A stretch of DNA of 64,000 bases from Bacillota bacterium. GTDB lineage: Bacteria > Bacillota > Dethiobacteria > DTU022. Below, piece by piece: positions 38,043 to 48,634 of this stretch. Made by a program: the position numbers and the translations under genes. The notes beneath the pieces are model-generated. The model had not been told where the DNA came from, made no database searches, and saw only the letters and a program-made list of their open reading frames with translations. How positions within the stretch are numbered: the first letter of the stretch is position 1; each line of letters opens with the position of its first letter. The stretch is from assembly GCA_046483445.1 (NCBI GenBank), contig JAWODD010000025.1:3636-67635 (forward strand). Reading direction: 5' to 3'.

Positions 38043-38354
38043 CTACAAAAGCACTTTTTGCTTTTGATTCCAGTAATTCTTTAGCAGTGCTTTACCAGCT
38101 TCAATTAGCTCAAATATTTTTGGATCGTTTACCTTGTAAAAAACTTTTAATCCCTCTTTCCTGGAGGTTATCAGGCCTTCTTTTTTGAGGACATTAAGGT
38201 GACGGGATACGTTTGATTGTTCCATTTGCAATTCCGGAACAATCTTGCAGACACACTTTTCACCGTCTTTTAAAAGATCCAGGATTTGAAGCCTGGCAGG
38301 ATGAGCCAGCGCTTTCAGTAATTCAGCCTGGTAAAGGTAAATATTTTCGCTCAT
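38043..38354 (-). CDS. arsR: ArsR/SmtB transcriptional regulator
   Basis: LKALAHPARLQIL, EKCVC, QSNVSRHL..LK. Confidence 0.9.
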   Translation of the reverse strand: MSENIYLYQAELLKALAHPARLQILDLLKDGEKCVCKIVPELQMEQSNVSRHLNVLKKEGLITSRKEGLKVFYKVNDPKIFELIEAGKALLKNYWNQKQKVLL

Positions 38355-38520
38355 AATTTTTCACCCCAAGTTGAAATATTAATTACTATATATTAAACTA
38401 GTAATATAGTAACATAGCAAATTAATTTGTGCAACGGCTATACCCGGTTTGTGTTAAAAAATATTTTGAAAAGCTATTATGCTGCATGTTGTTTTCTGCA
38501 TTTTTAAAAGGAGGGATCGC

Positions 38521-38946
38521 TTGTTGGATAATAAAGGTAAATGCCATGTTTTGTTTTTGTGTACCGGTAATTCAGTGCGCAGCCAGATGGCGGAAGGATT
38601 TCTCAAGGTTTTGGGCGGTGATCAATTCATGGTTCAAAGCGCCGGCACCCATCCTGCCGGGGTTAATCCGCGCTCTGTAGCGGTGATGGAAGAAGAAGGC
38701 ATTGATATCAGCAGACAATCGTCCGATCACTTAACCACAGATATGCTCGATTGGGCCGACCTTCTAATTACGCTTTGCGGCGATGCCCACGAAAATTGCC
38801 CGGTTGTTCCCCACGGAGTAGAAAAAAGACACTGGCCACTTTCTGATCCATCCACGGGCGGAGGAACGGAAGAAGAGATAATGCAAAGATTTAGAGAAAC
38901 AAGAGATTTAATCAAAGGACATGTTGAAGAGCTGGTGGCGGAATAG
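38521..38946 (+). CDS. arsC: Thioredoxin-coupled arsenate reductase (LMW-PTP fold)
   Basis: CTGNSVRSQMAEG P-loop, TLCGDAHENCP, HWPLSDP. Confidence 0.88.
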   Translation: MLDNKGKCHVLFLCTGNSVRSQMAEGFLKVLGGDQFMVQSAGTHPAGVNPRSVAVMEEEGIDISRQSSDHLTTDMLDWADLLITLCGDAHENCPVVPHGVEKRHWPLSDPSTGGGTEEEIMQRFRETRDLIKGHVEELVAE

Positions 38947-39220
38947 TAGTTCAAGCAAGCAAGATATGGACTTGTATAAATAATGCAAGCTATGCTTACC
39001 GGCGGCTTAAACTTTACCTGTCTACAGTCGGATTATACTCATAACTATATTGGCAGGATTATTATAGTCAATCACAGAAAAATATTGCCTGTTAATTAAT
39101 CTTCACTCGTTTCAGGCGAGGGTAGTTGTGCTATAATTAAGCAAGTATAAAGGCAAACTTTCCCAGGGTTGAGCTGATTTTTTGTAAATAAGTTAATTTG
39201 ATAAAGGAAATAAAAAAGGG

Positions 39221-40156
39221 GTGCGGTATTTGCAGTTTAAGAAAACTGCTGTAGTGGTTAATCCTTTAGCCGGAAATGGAAAAGCCGGGCGTTGCTGGCC
39301 GGATATTGCTAAAGCTTTTGAGCAGGAAGGTATTCCGATCGTTTTTAAGTTTACTCAGAAAGCAGGCGATGCTACTGCTTATGCCCGCAGTTACTTGCAG
39401 GAAGGTTATAATTTGATTGTAGCTGTCGGTGGCGATGGCACCGCTAACGAAGTAATTAACGGATTTTTTGAACACGGGCAAGCAATTAACCGGGAGGCGG
39501 CAGTTGCTTTTATATCTACCGGAAGCGGAAGTGATTTAAACCGGACTCTTGGCACTCCCAAAAATTTTGCTGGAATGGTAAAACATATTGCCAGCGCCCC
39601 TGTTCGCTCGGTAGATCTTGGCAAAGTTACTTACACCAATAACCGGGGAATAAAAGAACTCAGCTATTTTATTAATGTTGCCGGATTGGGTCTTGACGGC
39701 GATACTGCAGGCAGGGTTAACCGCACCAGCAAGAAAATGGGCGGGTTTTTTTCCTTTTTTTGGGCCACTGTAATCAGCCTTATCTTGTATCGAAACCAGC
39801 ATATGTCCATCACCGTGGATGATAATTTGCTTTATGACGGTCCGGTAACTGTGGTGGTAGCCGCCAATGGTCGCTATTTTGGCGGCGGGATGAAAATTGC
39901 CCCCTGGGCCAGGATGGACGATGGTCTTTTTGATCTGGTTATCTTACATAATTTAAGCAAAATGGAGTTGTTATTAAATCTTCCTTCGGTATACCAGGGC
40001 GGTCATGTCAATAATCCCAAGATAACTTTTTTACAGGGCAAATCTGTAAAGATTAGCTCGAAGGGTCATGCTTTGCTCAATCTAGACGGAGAACAACCGG
40101 GAAAAGCCCCGGTAGAAATGCAGATTATGCCGCTTGCTTTAAATATAAAAAGCTAA
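39221..40156 (+). CDS. Diacylglycerol/lipid kinase family protein (YegS/BmrU)
   Basis: VNPLAG, VGGDGTANEVING, GSGSD, NGRYFGGG, LDGE. Confidence 0.92.
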   Translation: MRYLQFKKTAVVVNPLAGNGKAGRCWPDIAKAFEQEGIPIVFKFTQKAGDATAYARSYLQEGYNLIVAVGGDGTANEVINGFFEHGQAINREAAVAFISTGSGSDLNRTLGTPKNFAGMVKHIASAPVRSVDLGKVTYTNNRGIKELSYFINVAGLGLDGDTAGRVNRTSKKMGGFFSFFWATVISLILYRNQHMSITVDDNLLYDGPVTVVVAANGRYFGGGMKIAPWARMDDGLFDLVILHNLSKMELLLNLPSVYQGGHVNNPKITFLQGKSVKISSKGHALLNLDGEQPGKAPVEMQIMPLALNIKS

Positions 40157-40208
40157 CCTCTTAAAGATACAGTTTAAGAATTTAACAAAACGGTCAGGTA
40201 TCATTTAC

Positions 40209-40237
40209 TTGACAGAGATTACACTAAGTTTTATGCT
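40209..40237 (+). promoter_or_regulatory. Sigma-A promoter of thrS
   Basis: TTGACA-N17-TATGCT. Confidence 0.6.
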
Positions 40238-40279
40238 TTTAAACAAGCAATAATAGAATAGAAGGAGGCCTCCTGTGCT

Positions 40280-42187
40280 TTGCAAATAAAAGTTAAGCTC
40301 GACGATGGAAAAGAAGCCAGGTATCCGGAGGGGACTACCTGCATGGATCTCTACCGGGAAAAAGTGGATCAAAATAAGCATGTAGTAGCCGTACTGGTTG
40401 ACGGTGAAGAATGTGATTTAAACGCACCCTTGCCCGAAGACAGTGAAATAAAATTTGTTGATTTTGATTCTCCCGTTGGCGCTAAAGTTTACAGGCACAC
40501 TGCCAGCCATGTTTTAGCCCATGCTGTAAAAAAGCTTTATCCGCAGGTGAAATTGGGAATCGGACCGGCTATAGAAAATGGCTTCTATTATGATTTTGAT
40601 TTTAAAGAACCTATTTCTTCCGAGGACTTAAAAACTCTTGAAAAGGAAATGAAAAAAATCATCAAAGAAAAGCTGCCCATTAAGCGCCGTGAAATGAGCA
40701 AAGAAGAAGCGATTGCTTTATTTCAGGAGAAGGGTGAAACCTATAAGCTGGAATTAATCAATGAAATGCCTGAAGATGAAGTGATTAGCTGTTATGAACA
40801 GGGTGATTTTATTGATCTTTGCACCGGACCGCACTTGCCCCATACCGGTATGGTCAAAGCATTTAAGCTTACCTCGTTAGCCGGGGCATACTGGCGCGGC
40901 GATGAGCATAACCCGATGCTGCAGAGGATTTACGGGACCGCTTTCCCTACCAAAGAACAGCTTGACGAATACCTGCAACTACTTGAAGAAGCTAAAAAAA
41001 GAGATCACCGCAAGCTTGGTAAAGACCTTGACCTGTTTAGCCTGCACGATGAAGCCCCCGGATTTCCTGTTCTGCATAATAACGGAGCGGTGGTCTGGCA
41101 GGAATTGACCGATTTTTGGCGCCAGGAACACCGCCGGGCTGGTTATGAAGAAATAAAGACTCCGCTTATTTTAAATCGAAGGTTATGGGAACAGTCGGGG
41201 CACTGGGATCATTTTCGCGAAAATATGTATTTTACCAGTATTGATGAACAGGACTATGCGATAAAACCGATGAACTGCCCCGGGGCAATGTTAGTTTTCC
41301 GTTCAAAAATGCATAGTTACAGGGATTTGCCCCGTCGGATAGCCGAGATGGGTATTGTGCACCGGCATGAATTGTCCGGAACCCTGCATGGACTGCTGCG
41401 GGTAAGATCTTTTACCCAGGATGATGCCCATATATTTATGCTGCCCTCCCAGGTAGAACAAGAGGTGGGAGGAGTTATCGATTTAATGGATCGCTTTTAC
41501 AGCATGTTTGGCTTTAGCTACCGGGTAGAATTAAGCACAATGCCGGAAAAGGCTATGGGAACTAAGGAGATGTGGGATAAAGCCACTTCAATTTTAGACC
41601 GGGTGCTGCAGTCAAGAAATATTTCTTACCGCATTAATGAAGGAGACGGCGCTTTTTACGGTCCTAAAATAGATTTTCACTTAGAAGATTGTATGGGGCG
41701 CAGCTGGCAGTGCGGCACGATTCAGCTGGACTTCCAGATGCCGGAAAAATTTGATTTGACTTATACCGGCGAAGATGGCGAAAAACACCGCCCGGTGGTT
41801 ATTCACAGGGTTATTTACGGTGCCATGGAACGCCTGTTAGCTCTTTTGATTGAGCACTACGGCGGAAAATTCCCGGCCTGGTTGGCCCCGGTGCAGGCTT
41901 CTGTAATCCCGGTGACCGATCGTACCCACGATTATGGACGAAAGATTTACGAAAAGCTAAAAAGCATGGATCTCAGGGTAGAAATTGATGATCGCAACGA
42001 AAAAGTGGGCTACAAGATCAGGGAAGCCCAGGTCAAAAAGATTCCTTATATGCTAATAGTTGGCGATAAAGAAGCTGAAAGTGGAGAGGTGGCAGTGCGC
42101 CATCGCGACCAGGGAGATCTTGGCGGCGAAGACCTTGATGCTTTTGTCGACCAGTTACAAACCGAAATTAAAGAAAAAAAGATTTGA
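40280..42187 (+). CDS. thrS: Threonine--tRNA ligase
   Basis: RHTASHVLA, DLCTGPH, RDHRKLG, KPMNCP, FTQDDAH, AFYGPKID. Confidence 0.98.
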   Translation: MQIKVKLDDGKEARYPEGTTCMDLYREKVDQNKHVVAVLVDGEECDLNAPLPEDSEIKFVDFDSPVGAKVYRHTASHVLAHAVKKLYPQVKLGIGPAIENGFYYDFDFKEPISSEDLKTLEKEMKKIIKEKLPIKRREMSKEEAIALFQEKGETYKLELINEMPEDEVISCYEQGDFIDLCTGPHLPHTGMVKAFKLTSLAGAYWRGDEHNPMLQRIYGTAFPTKEQLDEYLQLLEEAKKRDHRKLGKDLDLFSLHDEAPGFPVLHNNGAVVWQELTDFWRQEHRRAGYEEIKTPLILNRRLWEQSGHWDHFRENMYFTSIDEQDYAIKPMNCPGAMLVFRSKMHSYRDLPRRIAEMGIVHRHELSGTLHGLLRVRSFTQDDAHIFMLPSQVEQEVGGVIDLMDRFYSMFGFSYRVELSTMPEKAMGTKEMWDKATSILDRVLQSRNISYRINEGDGAFYGPKIDFHLEDCMGRSWQCGTIQLDFQMPEKFDLTYTGEDGEKHRPVVIHRVIYGAMERLLALLIEHYGGKFPAWLAPVQASVIPVTDRTHDYGRKIYEKLKSMDLRVEIDDRNEKVGYKIREAQVKKIPYMLIVGDKEAESGEVAVRHRDQGDLGGEDLDAFVDQLQTEIKEKKI

Positions 42188-42219
42188 CCTAACCTGTAAA
42201 TTTTGTTATAGTCAAAGAA

Positions 42220-42347
42220 GTAAAAAATAGCAGGCAAGAAGAAGTGACCGCTTCTCACCCTGAGGCGTGCTAAAAAGTACTGTTACCAGGGTTAATCCAT
42301 AGATGTTTTAAGGATATTTAGAGCAGGCGGTAATCCCTGCTCTTTAA
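42220..42347 (+). ncRNA. L20 leader (ribosomal protein autoregulatory RNA)
   Basis: GAAGTGACCGCTTCTCACC motif plus terminator AGAGCAGG/CCTGCTCT upstream of infC-rpmI-rplT; promoter TTGACC-N17-TATAGT at 42184-42212. Confidence 0.75.
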
Positions 42348-42368
42348 CTTTGTTGGAGGTGAAACGAT

Positions 42369-42878
42369 ATTAGTAAAAATTTGTTCGTGAATGAACAAAT
42401 TAAGGCTCGGGAAGTTCGAGTTATTGATCCGGACGGCAATCAACTGGGTGTAATGAAAACAGATGAAGCCCTCGACTTGGCCCGTGAGAAAAAAAAGGAT
42501 CTGGTTAATGTTGCCCCGAATGAGCGCCCGCCGGTTTGTCGAATGATGGATTACGGCAAATATAAGTATGAGCAAAGCAAAAAAGATAAAGAAGCGAAGA
42601 AAAAGCAAAAGACAACATCAATCAAGGAAATTAAACTGAGGCCTAATATTGAAAAGCATGATTTTGATGTTAAAGTAAAAAGGGGTCAGAAATTTTTAGA
42701 GAAGGGTGACAAGATAAAGGTAACAGTTATGTTCCGGGGACGGGAAATTACCCACCCTGAAATAGCCCAGCGCCTGTGCAAAGATTTGGCCGATGCACTT
42801 TCTGATTATTGTGTAATAGAAAAACAGGCCAAACAGGAAGGGCGTAACATGATCATGATTTTAGCACCTAAATCATAA
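42369..42878 (+). CDS. infC: Translation initiation factor IF-3 (ATT start)
   Basis: NEQI...EVRVI, PPVCR.MDYGK, KEIKLRPNI; RBS GGAGGTG followed by in-frame ATT at 42369. Confidence 0.96.
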   Translation: MSKNLFVNEQIKAREVRVIDPDGNQLGVMKTDEALDLAREKKKDLVNVAPNERPPVCRMMDYGKYKYEQSKKDKEAKKKQKTTSIKEIKLRPNIEKHDFDVKVKRGQKFLEKGDKIKVTVMFRGREITHPEIAQRLCKDLADALSDYCVIEKQAKQEGRNMIMILAPKS

Positions 42879-42902
42879 GGAAATAGAAAGGTTGTTGTTC
42901 CA

Positions 42903-43094
42903 ATGCCAAAAATGAAAACTCACAGTGGCGCAGCCAAGCGCTTTAAAAAGACCGGAAAAGGTAATTATATGCGGAGGCAGGCTTGCGCCAGTCACCTGCT
43001 TCGCAAAAAAAATGCTGACCGTAAAAGAAGGCTCCGTAAATCAACAATGGTGAAATCCGACGATGTCAAGCGGGTTAAACAGCTTATTCAATAG
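42903..43094 (+). CDS. rpmI: 50S ribosomal protein L35
   Basis: [18 protein letters not shown]. Confidence 0.97.
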   Translation: MPKMKTHSGAAKRFKKTGKGNYMRRQACASHLLRKKNADRKRRLRKSTMVKSDDVKRVKQLIQ

Positions 43095-43179
43095 AATAGC
43101 TGTTTGACAATGGTTAATAAGTAATCAAAACATAATCAAAGAGAATATTGTGACATTAAAGATTGGAGGATGATTGTTT

Positions 43180-43533
43180 ATGCCTCGCACAAAGAGAGGT
43201 AATATCGCCCGTAAAAGGCGTAAAAAAATATTAAAACTGGCGAAAGGCTATTATGGTTCGAAAAGTAAGCTTTTCAGGATTGCCAACCAGCAGGTTATGA
43301 AATCCCTGGCTTATGCCTACCGGGATCGTAAGCAGCGGAAAAGAGATTTTCGCAAGTTATGGATTGCCAGGATCAATGCTGCCGCCAGGGCTGGAGGTTT
43401 GTCCTACAGCCGTTTTATCAGCGGTTTGAAAAAAGCGGATGTTCAGGTTAATCGTAAGGTCCTTGCCGATCTGGCGGTTAATGACAAAGAAGCTTTTGCC
43501 CGGCTTGTAGAAGTGGCTAAAGAAAATGATTAA
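43180..43533 (+). CDS. rplT: 50S ribosomal protein L20
   Basis: [26 protein letters not shown]. Confidence 0.98.
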   Translation: MPRTKRGNIARKRRKKILKLAKGYYGSKSKLFRIANQQVMKSLAYAYRDRKQRKRDFRKLWIARINAAARAGGLSYSRFISGLKKADVQVNRKVLADLAVNDKEAFARLVEVAKEND

Positions 43534-43582
43534 TTATAGAAGGCTTCAATAATCGTGATTATGTCCGGGGAGTGGATTTAGT

Positions 43583-44386
43583 TTGGAGCCAATTCATGTT
43601 ACAAGCAGCAACCATCCGCTGCTGAAAGAATATGTGAAGCTGCAAAAAAATACCCGCTACAGGCAAAAACAGCAACAGATAGCCCTGGAGGGGCCAAACC
43701 TGGTTTCTGAAGCGATTAGAGCCGGTTTAACTCCAAGGGCTTTTTTTTATACCCAGGAATACTATGAGCAGGCAGGCAAAGAATGGGCCGATAACTTTTC
43801 TCTTTCCGCGAAGCAGGTTATTTTGCCGGAACGGTTGTTTAAAAAAATTGCTGAAACTGAAACCCCACAGCCTGTTGCCGCAATTTTTTATTTCAGCCAA
43901 GCGGTTTACGAATTAAAAGCTGAAAAGAAGCGGCAAATTTATTTGATCCTGGACCGGGTTCAAGATCCGGGGAATATGGGAACAATCATTCGCACAGCAG
44001 CCGGAGCAGGCGTCGGTGTGATTTTTTACACTACCGGTAGCACCGATCCCTATAGCCCCAAGGTATTACGGGCTACAGCGGGATCTATATTTAGGATCCA
44101 GCTAAAGCAAACCGGTGACCCGCTTAACTTAATCCGTTATTTAAAACAAGAAGGGGTGCAGGTAATTGCCGCTTCGGTGGGCAGCGAGATAGAGCACTGG
44201 TCTGCTGAATACAATGATCGATGTGCATTAATCATTGGCAATGAGGCCGTCGGGATAGACGAAAAACTTGTTTTTGAAGCAGACTTAACAATTACCGTGC
44301 CCCTGTACGGGCCGGTTGAATCGTTAAATGCCGCGGTAGCTGCGGCAATTATTTTGTTTGAAATAGCTCGCTGTAGCAATAAATAG
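43583..44386 (+). CDS. TrmH/SpoU family RNA methyltransferase
   Basis: VQDPGNMGTIIRTA, GNEAVG, ESLNAAVAA. Confidence 0.93.
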   Translation: MEPIHVTSSNHPLLKEYVKLQKNTRYRQKQQQIALEGPNLVSEAIRAGLTPRAFFYTQEYYEQAGKEWADNFSLSAKQVILPERLFKKIAETETPQPVAAIFYFSQAVYELKAEKKRQIYLILDRVQDPGNMGTIIRTAAGAGVGVIFYTTGSTDPYSPKVLRATAGSIFRIQLKQTGDPLNLIRYLKQEGVQVIAASVGSEIEHWSAEYNDRCALIIGNEAVGIDEKLVFEADLTITVPLYGPVESLNAAVAAAIILFEIARCSNK

Positions 44387-44439
44387 AAGCCTTGAAGCTT
44401 TATCAGCTTAATGCTATAATGCTATTAAATTTTCATATG

Positions 44440-44703
44440 CAAAGCGATGAAGGAGTTAAGTAGGCATAAGGATTTTGGGCGTCTTAAGGGAGGATTTGCC
44501 TTGACTGCAAGCAGATCCGGCGTTACCGGCTGAATTTCGCTCCGGAGTTTGCCGCCGAAGGGCAAAAAAGGACTAAAGCTTGGGTAGGACGGCTGCGGTG
44601 GATCCCGTTATTGATCTTAAAAAGTGAGCTAAGCGGTGTAGCTAAAATGGGTGGTACCGCGGAAGATAATCTTTCGTCCCTCGGGCGAGAGATTATTTAT
44701 TTA
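44440..44703 (+). ncRNA. T-box riboswitch (Phe)
   Basis: GCGATGAAGGAG..AGTAG stem I start, AGGGAG, GACTG, specifier GAAT-TTC-G, T-box AAATGGGTGGTACCGCG, terminator before pheS. Confidence 0.9.
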
Positions 44704-44720
44704 TACGGAGGTGTCTGGAT

Positions 44721-45746
44721 TTGCATGAAAAACTAAATGAACTGGAAAATGAGGCAAAAGAAAAAATTGAAGAGACAGAGGACCTGGAAGCTCTGAAAGC
44801 AGTAAGGGTCCGTTTTTTGGGGAAAAAAGGTGAACTAACCAAACTGCTGCGCAGTCTGGGCAGCGCGCCCCCGGAGGAGCGGCCGATTATTGGCAAAAAA
44901 GCCAATGCTTTGCGAGATGAGCTTGAGAAGGCAATTGAACTTAAGGAACAAAAATTGCTTGATGCTCAAAAAGAAGAAAAATGGGAGAACGAGCGAATTG
45001 ATGTAACTCTGCCTGGAAGCCCGGTAACATTGGGTCAGAAACATCCCCTTACCCTGGTCCAGGAAGAAATTAAAGAGATTTTTGTAGGCCTGGGGTTCCA
45101 GCTGGCCTACGGCCCGGAAATAGAAAGCGATTACTATAATTTTGAGGCTTTAAATATACCGCCCGACCACCCGGCCCGGGACATGCAGGATTCATACTAT
45201 ATTACAGATCAATTTTTACTGCGCACGCATACTTCCCCGGTACAGATTAGGGCCATGGAAAAAAGAGCGCCAAAACTGCCTGTGCGGGTGATTTGCCTGG
45301 GCAAGGTTTACCGACGCGATGATGATGCCACCCACTCTCCGATGTTCCACCAGTGTGAGGGGTTGGCGGTAGATACTGATATTACTTTTGCCGACTTAAA
45401 AGGAACCCTGCATTTATTCGTCCGGGAAATGTTCGGGCCGGAGCAAAAAATGCGCTTTCGTCCCAGCTTCTTTCCCTTTACCGAACCAAGCGCCGAGGTG
45501 GATATCTCCTGTATAATGTGTGGCGGCAGCGGCTGTCGGGTATGCAGTAATACCGGATGGCTTGAGATCCTTGGTGCAGGTATGGTTCATCCCCGGGTGC
45601 TTGAGATCTCCGGTTACGATTCCCAAAACTCGACAGGTTTTGCTTTTGGAATGGGAGTTGAGCGAATTGCCATGTTGAAATACGGGATCGGTGATTTGCG
45701 CCTCTTTTTTTCCAACGATTTGCGTTTTTTGAAACAGTTTAATTAA
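44721..45746 (+). CDS. pheS: Phenylalanine--tRNA ligase alpha subunit
   Basis: [38 protein letters not shown]. Confidence 0.98.
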   Translation: MHEKLNELENEAKEKIEETEDLEALKAVRVRFLGKKGELTKLLRSLGSAPPEERPIIGKKANALRDELEKAIELKEQKLLDAQKEEKWENERIDVTLPGSPVTLGQKHPLTLVQEEIKEIFVGLGFQLAYGPEIESDYYNFEALNIPPDHPARDMQDSYYITDQFLLRTHTSPVQIRAMEKRAPKLPVRVICLGKVYRRDDDATHSPMFHQCEGLAVDTDITFADLKGTLHLFVREMFGPEQKMRFRPSFFPFTEPSAEVDISCIMCGGSGCRVCSNTGWLEILGAGMVHPRVLEISGYDSQNSTGFAFGMGVERIAMLKYGIGDLRLFFSNDLRFLKQFN

Positions 45747-45810
45747 ACCGTTATACACAAGATAACTTACCGGTTAGGTATATTGAATGAATGAAGGAGG
45801 AAAAAAATAG

Positions 45811-48222
45811 ATGCGTGTCCCATATAACTGGCTGCTAGATTATATTAAACCGGAAATATCTGCCGATGAACTGGCCAATTTATTAACTCTCTCAGGAATT
45901 GAAGTGGGAGCGGTTGAAAGATTTGGCTCCTCTTTGCCGGGAGTAGTTGTCGGGGAAGTGGAAGCTTTAAAGCCGCACCCTGGCAGAGATAACTTGATCT
46001 TAGTTGATACCAGGGTAGAAGAGGAAGTGTTAAAAATTGTTTGTGGAGCAAAAAATATGCAGGTAAGCGACAAGGTTCCTGTGGCCAAACCCGGCTCTGT
46101 TTTGCCCGGTGAAAGGCACATCGAGGAAGCGGTTATTTACGGGGCCACTTCCACCGGGATGATCTGTTCCGCCCGGGAACTGGGCCTGGAGCTTGGTGCT
46201 GAAGATGAAATTTTGATCCTTGATCAAACAGCAGAAATTGGCACCCCTGTAGACCAAGTTTTGGGCTTTGACGATAAAATTCTGGAATTGGAATTGACCC
46301 CAAATCGTCCGGATTGCCTGAGCATGCTCGGGGTAGCTCATGAAGCTGCCGCCCTGACCGGGGCGGAAGTGAAACTGCCTGAGCTGGAGCCACCGGAAAC
46401 AACTCCGGCTTTGGAAGAATTCTTTAAAGTCCAGGTAGACGATCCCGACCTTTGTCCACGCTACACCGCCCGGGCGGTCAAGGACGTTGTCATAAAAAAA
46501 TCACCACTTTGGATGCAGTTGAGACTGCTCAAAGCCGGGATCCGGCCAATCAGCAATGTGGTGGATATAACCAACTATGTTATGTGGGAATTTGGACAGC
46601 CCCTGCATGCTTTTGATCTGCAAAGACTAGAAAGCAGTGAAATCCTGGTAAGAAGAGCTAGAGAAGGCGAAACCCTGGTCACTCTTGACGGCATTGAGCG
46701 AAAGCTGACCCCGGAAATCCTGGTAATTACAGATGGTAATATGCCAATCGCTCTTGCCGGAGTTATGGGTGGTGAGGATACAGAAATTTTCGGGAAAACC
46801 AGGGAGGTTTTAATTGAAGCTGCCGGCTTTAATCCAACCAATATTCGCCGCACGGCTCGTCGTTACAACTTGCCTTCGGAGGCCTCACAGCGTTTTGAAA
46901 GAGGGGTGAACCCGGAGGCGGCAGTATGGTCGCAGAATCGGGCTGCTTTGCTGATGAACAAGTATGCGGAAGGCAAAGTGTTGCGGGGAATTATTGATTA
47001 TGATGCAAATCCGGTTAAACCGGCCACCGTTAAGGTTAGCTCTGAACGCGTTAACAAGATCCTGGGCACAGAAGTGCCTGAAAATGAAATTATCACTATA
47101 TTAAACAGGCTTGGTTTTGAGGTTTATAACCAGGGTGGCGGTAATATGGAAGTGGTTGCCCCTTTAAGGCGGGGTGATATTTTCATCGAAGAAGATGTGG
47201 TAGAAGAGATCGCCAGGCTTTATGGCTACAACCAGATTCCATACACCCTGCCGCGCGGTGAACTCCTGGAAAATAGACCAACTGAAGAGGAAAGATTGCA
47301 TAACCTGGTAAAAAATGTTTTTACCGCTTCAGGTTTTTTTGAGGGTGTAACCTATTCATTTATCAATCCCAGCGATCTGGTCCGGTTGAGATATCCTTCT
47401 GATCATCCACATATGCAGACAATTCCGGTTCAGAATCCTTTCTCTGAAGAGCAGGGGGTGATGCGCACCACCCTTTTGCCGGGACTCTTAAAAGCGGTTC
47501 GCCATAATATCAGCCACCGGGAATTAAACCAGATGCTTTTTGAGATTGGTTCTGTTTTTAAAGCCGATTCTTTGCCGTTAAAAGAGTTGCCGCAAGAAAA
47601 GGCTAAATTGGCTGTAGCAGCCACCGGTGTGATCCCAGAGCAGAACTGGGCGGTTACACCCCGGAAAGCTGACTTTTTTACAATTAAAGGAACCCTGGAG
47701 ACACTATTCAGCCGCCTGCAAATAAATGCAGTTAATTTCATCCCGGTCCAAATGCCTTTTTCGCACCCAACCCGCTGCGCAAAAGTAATGATTGGCGATG
47801 TAGAACTGGGTTACCTGGGGCAGCTTCATCCTGATATAGCCGAAGCCTGGGAGATTGACCAGCCGGTAACCGTGGGTGAATTTGACCTTTCCGTCCTGGA
47901 AAACATGGCCAACCTGGTTCCCCGGGTAACTCCCCTGCCCCGTTATCCGGCCTCGAGCAGGGACCTGGCCATAGTTGTTCCTAAGGAGATATCTGCAAAG
48001 CAGCTGGAAAAAACAATTAGAGAAGCGGGGGGCGATATGGTCAGCAGGGTTAAACTTTTTGACCTGTACGAGGGTAAACAGATCCCCGAGGATAAACGCA
48101 GCCTGGCTTATTCGATCACTTTTCGCCTGGAGGATCGCACCTTAACTGATCAAGAAGTCAATCAGGCTCAGCAAAATATCGAAAAGGCCCTTTTTGAGCT
48201 CGGGGCTGTTTTACGAAGCTAA
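45811..48222 (+). CDS. pheT: Phenylalanine--tRNA ligase beta subunit
   Basis: LTPNRPDCLS, VDITNYVM, RFERGV, EEIARLYGY, FDX-ACB C-terminus. Confidence 0.97.
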   Translation: MRVPYNWLLDYIKPEISADELANLLTLSGIEVGAVERFGSSLPGVVVGEVEALKPHPGRDNLILVDTRVEEEVLKIVCGAKNMQVSDKVPVAKPGSVLPGERHIEEAVIYGATSTGMICSARELGLELGAEDEILILDQTAEIGTPVDQVLGFDDKILELELTPNRPDCLSMLGVAHEAAALTGAEVKLPELEPPETTPALEEFFKVQVDDPDLCPRYTARAVKDVVIKKSPLWMQLRLLKAGIRPISNVVDITNYVMWEFGQPLHAFDLQRLESSEILVRRAREGETLVTLDGIERKLTPEILVITDGNMPIALAGVMGGEDTEIFGKTREVLIEAAGFNPTNIRRTARRYNLPSEASQRFERGVNPEAAVWSQNRAALLMNKYAEGKVLRGIIDYDANPVKPATVKVSSERVNKILGTEVPENEIITILNRLGFEVYNQGGGNMEVVAPLRRGDIFIEEDVVEEIARLYGYNQIPYTLPRGELLENRPTEEERLHNLVKNVFTASGFFEGVTYSFINPSDLVRLRYPSDHPHMQTIPVQNPFSEEQGVMRTTLLPGLLKAVRHNISHRELNQMLFEIGSVFKADSLPLKELPQEKAKLAVAATGVIPEQNWAVTPRKADFFTIKGTLETLFSRLQINAVNFIPVQMPFSHPTRCAKVMIGDVELGYLGQLHPDIAEAWEIDQPVTVGEFDLSVLENMANLVPRVTPLPRYPASSRDLAIVVPKEISAKQLEKTIREAGGDMVSRVKLFDLYEGKQIPEDKRSLAYSITFRLEDRTLTDQEVNQAQQNIEKALFELGAVLRS

Positions 48223-48225
48223 AAA

Positions 48226-48253
48226 GCAGGATCTTAGGTGATCTACCGCGAAT
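48226..48253 (+). promoter_or_regulatory. Putative sigma-H promoter of zapA
   Basis: GCAGGA-N18-GAAT. Confidence 0.5.
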
Positions 48254-48349
48254 AAATCAAAAGAGGATCTCCATCAACGAGAGGTGAATTAAAAAACTCA
48301 GGCTTTTTTAGATTTTAGGCTAAATCCCTGAAAGGGGCAGGCGAGAAAG

Positions 48350-48634
48350 ATGGAGGATAAGGATAAGAACAGGATTACCGTCAATATTATGGGTGAAGAA
48401 TATGTGCTTAGAAGCTCTTCTTCTAAAGATCATATGCACAGGGTAGGCAATTACGTTGACCGTTTGATGAAGTCTTTGGCCGAAAAAAATATCCAGATGA
48501 GTAAACAAAGAATTGCTGTGTTAACCGCCCTTAATCTTGCCGATGAATTGATCAGATTAAAAGAGGAAAAAGAGAGTTCTTCGGCTGGTTCGGAAGACCA
48601 GAAAGGGGATAGTGAAGATAATGAACTGGTTTGA
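48350..48634 (+). CDS. zapA: Cell division protein ZapA
   Basis: V.IMGEEY.L, YVD..M, AVLTALNLADE. Confidence 0.92.
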   Translation: MEDKDKNRITVNIMGEEYVLRSSSSKDHMHRVGNYVDRLMKSLAEKNIQMSKQRIAVLTALNLADELIRLKEEKESSSAGSEDQKGDSEDNELV

